A stretch of 64,000 bases of DNA from Mobula hypostoma (lineage: Eukaryota). Positions 62,991 through 64,000 of the stretch are shown one piece after another. The stretch lies in the NCBI RefSeq assembly GCF_963921235.1, contig NC_086097.1, positions 171,060,001 to 171,124,000 on the forward strand, read 5' to 3'. The notes beneath the pieces are model-generated. The model was given only the letters and a program-made list of their open reading frames with translations. It ran no database searches and was not told the origin of the DNA. The position numbers were made by a program, and so were the translations under genes. Every line of letters begins with the position of its first letter. The first letter of the stretch is position 1.

Positions 62991-63842
62991 TGTTACGTAC
63001 CCCGTAACTGGGTTGCCAAACCAGCAGAAATGGATCACTCAGTTGGAGTCTGGAGTACTAGAACTAAGAAAGTTTTATTAAAGAAACAAGCAACACTAAT
63101 CGAAAGGAAAATAAATGCAACAGTTCAGCAATGATAAACACACATGTGCACAGAATTAAGATAACAGGATCAATCAAGCTCTATCGTTGTCTAGGGGTAA
63201 ATGACCAATTTCAAAGTGACGCAAAGTTCAGTCCAATTTAGTTCAGTTCGCAATAATCGTTGCCGTGGCAATGGACAATGTAGGGGGAAAGAGAGAGAGA
63301 ACAAGAACGAATGATCATTCAAAACGGCTTCCACACACAGACCTGCGATATTGCTCACAAGCAGCTTTCGGGCGAGTCCTTTGTGATGTTATCTGAGATC
63401 ACCGACTGTGACCCCTCCTCCAGATGCAGTTGATCCTCTGCAGTGAACCCGGCACCCAAGCAAGGGTGGACACACACCGGGTTCCCGCTGATCGTACCTT
63501 TCCACCCTGTGCGTCTATGGCTTGGTTCCGCAACAGCCTTCCAAACGACTCCCGCCGACTTGCGGGGGGGGACACCGCTTCCAGGGTCTCGTTACCTCGT
63601 GGTGTCATGTGTGTCTTGCCTTAGCGAACCTGTCCCTTTTTATCCCCCTGCTTGTCCATCACTTCAAATAGTTCAGGGTTCAAAGGGGGAGCCGCTCTAG
63701 ACGGCTCTCTCTCCCGTCCCTTCATTACACATCTCCAAATGCTGTTCCACTGTCTTCCTTATCTCTCTCTCTCCTGAAGACAGGTGGCAGACCAACTGCT
63801 GATCACACAGGACAGCTAACATCTATGTGTATTCTTGTCACA
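62991..63842 (-). mobile_element. Solo LTR (852 bp), 4-bp TSD, inserted in a PLE fragment
   Basis: TG...CA ends; AGAC at 62987-62990 and 63843-63846; minus-strand AATAAA near 63075 and TATA-like GATAAAAAG near 63640; PLE sequence (EEQHLIL...PDDINI) continues on both sides. Confidence 0.88.
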
Positions 63843-64000
63843 AGACAAACCTGATGACATTAACATCAATGTCCCTAACTTCCAGCAATTTCTTTCCTTT
63901 TCCTCCTCTCTCTCTCTATTTCCCCTCTCAGCTCTTCTCTTCTTCTCATTTGCCCATCATCATCCTCCTGCTCCCTTTCTCCTTCCTTTTCTTCTATGGT

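Overview
Eukaryotic, repeat-dense DNA with no host protein-coding exon I can support. It looks like an intron or intergenic region of a vertebrate; the repeat repertoire suggests a cartilaginous fish, probably a ray (inference only). Most of the window is nested transposon debris: CR1 LINEs (one near full-length and degenerate, two young 3' copies), Rex/Babar-like LINE fragments and non-autonomous relatives, Penelope-like elements (PLEs; one young copy with an open RT + GIY-YIG frame, a 16-bp TSD and a minimal hammerhead-ribozyme motif in its terminal repeat), a complete but decayed chromoviral Gypsy provirus (two LTRs, 5-bp TSD), a solo LTR, a PIF/Harbinger deletion derivative, Tigger/pogo-type elements, tRNA-derived SINEs and a 2.5-kb 24-bp minisatellite with higher-order structure that grew out of a LINE 3' UTR. 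Most ORFs in the six-frame track are TE fragments or chance frames. The most interesting signal is the PLE hammerhead motif: it recurs in many short copies, often as fold-back pairs, and one 91-bp piece inserted on its own. All family names come from motif recognition, not database searches.
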